Assembly (NCBI RefSeq): GCF_000242455.2
Contig: NC_019892.1
Location: 5,124,744-5,156,743 of the forward strand
Source: Singulisphaera acidiphila DSM 18658
GTDB lineage: Bacteria; Planctomycetota; Planctomycetia; Isosphaerales; Isosphaeraceae
Direction: 5' to 3'
Length of the DNA: 32,000 bases
Numbering within the stretch: the stretch's first letter is position 1; each line of letters starts with the position of its first letter. Positions 31,676 to 32,000 of this stretch are shown in pieces. The translations under genes were made by a program, and so were the position numbers. The notes beneath the pieces were generated by a model. It saw only the letters and a program-made list of their open reading frames with translations. It did not search any database and was not told the DNA's origin.

Positions 31676-32000
31676 TCAACGCGGCATAGCCTTGGCCGAC
31701 TGCTCACAAACCTGACGCATCACGCCGTCGAGCGGCCCCAGCCAGTCCCTCACCTTCTTGGTGATCTCGGGTCCCGCCTCCTTCGGCGTCCCAGCGTGGA
31801 ACGGAGGTTTCGGGTCGTACTCCATCGCGAGCTGGCTCATCTTCGCGATGTCTTCTCCGAGGAGCTTGGCCAGGAGCACAAGGCCGAAGTCCAGCCCAGC
31901 CGTCACGCCGCCGCCCGTGACTCGGTTGCGGTCCACCACCACGCGGGCGTCGACCGGCGTCGCCCCGAACAGCGGCAGGTATTCGCGGCACGCCCAGTGG
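31676..32000 (-). CDS. DJ-1/PfpI-family protein (isocyanide-hydratase-like), 5' end outside the window
   Basis: HWACREYLPLFGATPVDARVVVDRNRVTGGGVTAGLDFGLVLLAKLLGEDIAK is a typical DJ-1/PfpI C-terminal half. The frame is open to the window edge. Confidence 0.8.
   Translation of the reverse strand, partial: HWACREYLPLFGATPVDARVVVDRNRVTGGGVTAGLDFGLVLLAKLLGEDIAKMSQLAMEYDPKPPFHAGTPKEAGPEITKKVRDWLGPLDGVMRQVCEQSAKAMPR

Overview
This is a visibly GC-rich bacterial chromosome segment. Recurrent protein motifs (N-termini like MRxxKFRIRTLMIAVAV, tails like PWLxVxxDPPEP) suggest a Planctomycetota-like host; that is inference only. All family names come from motifs read in the supplied translations, because no database search was possible. 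About 0-19 kb is mostly ordinary or accessory metabolism. It holds a Phd/YefM antitoxin at the window edge, a LysR regulator divergent from a metallophosphoesterase, a di-haem cytochrome c peroxidase, an HD hydrolase, a GlxA/AraC regulator, an LpxH-like phosphoesterase and a SAM methyltransferase. It also holds a tightly packed five-gene minus-strand operon (GMC flavoprotein, PSD-like decarboxylase, Rossmann/TM/VAO fusion, tandem class-III aminotransferase, DUF962-like membrane protein). This operon looks like an uncharacterised lipid or amine-modification pathway. The remainder is rich in decayed mobile DNA: RAYT-like, IS5-like (two), IS4-like, IS701-like and IS630-like fragments, most of them carrying internal deletions. 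The strongest observation is a 4,142-bp transposon remnant at 25804-29945. It has 49-bp imperfect TG...CA terminal inverted repeats, TGTCAC-ending subrepeats and an identical 8-bp flank, and it sits inside an IS701-like transposase gene whose frame is restored on conceptual excision. Its tni module has collapsed into a tniA-tniR fusion. Its cargo is a translationally coupled transglutaminase-like gene, a mini-Rhs (core tip only) toxin candidate with an unrecognised His/Cys C-terminal domain, and an AT-rich putative immunity gene. A second unexplained structure is about 0.7 kb of ORF-free nested tandem and inverted repeats at 20013-20730. A PadR operon encoding a Clp_N-HAAS-like membrane protein and an esterase is also unusual.
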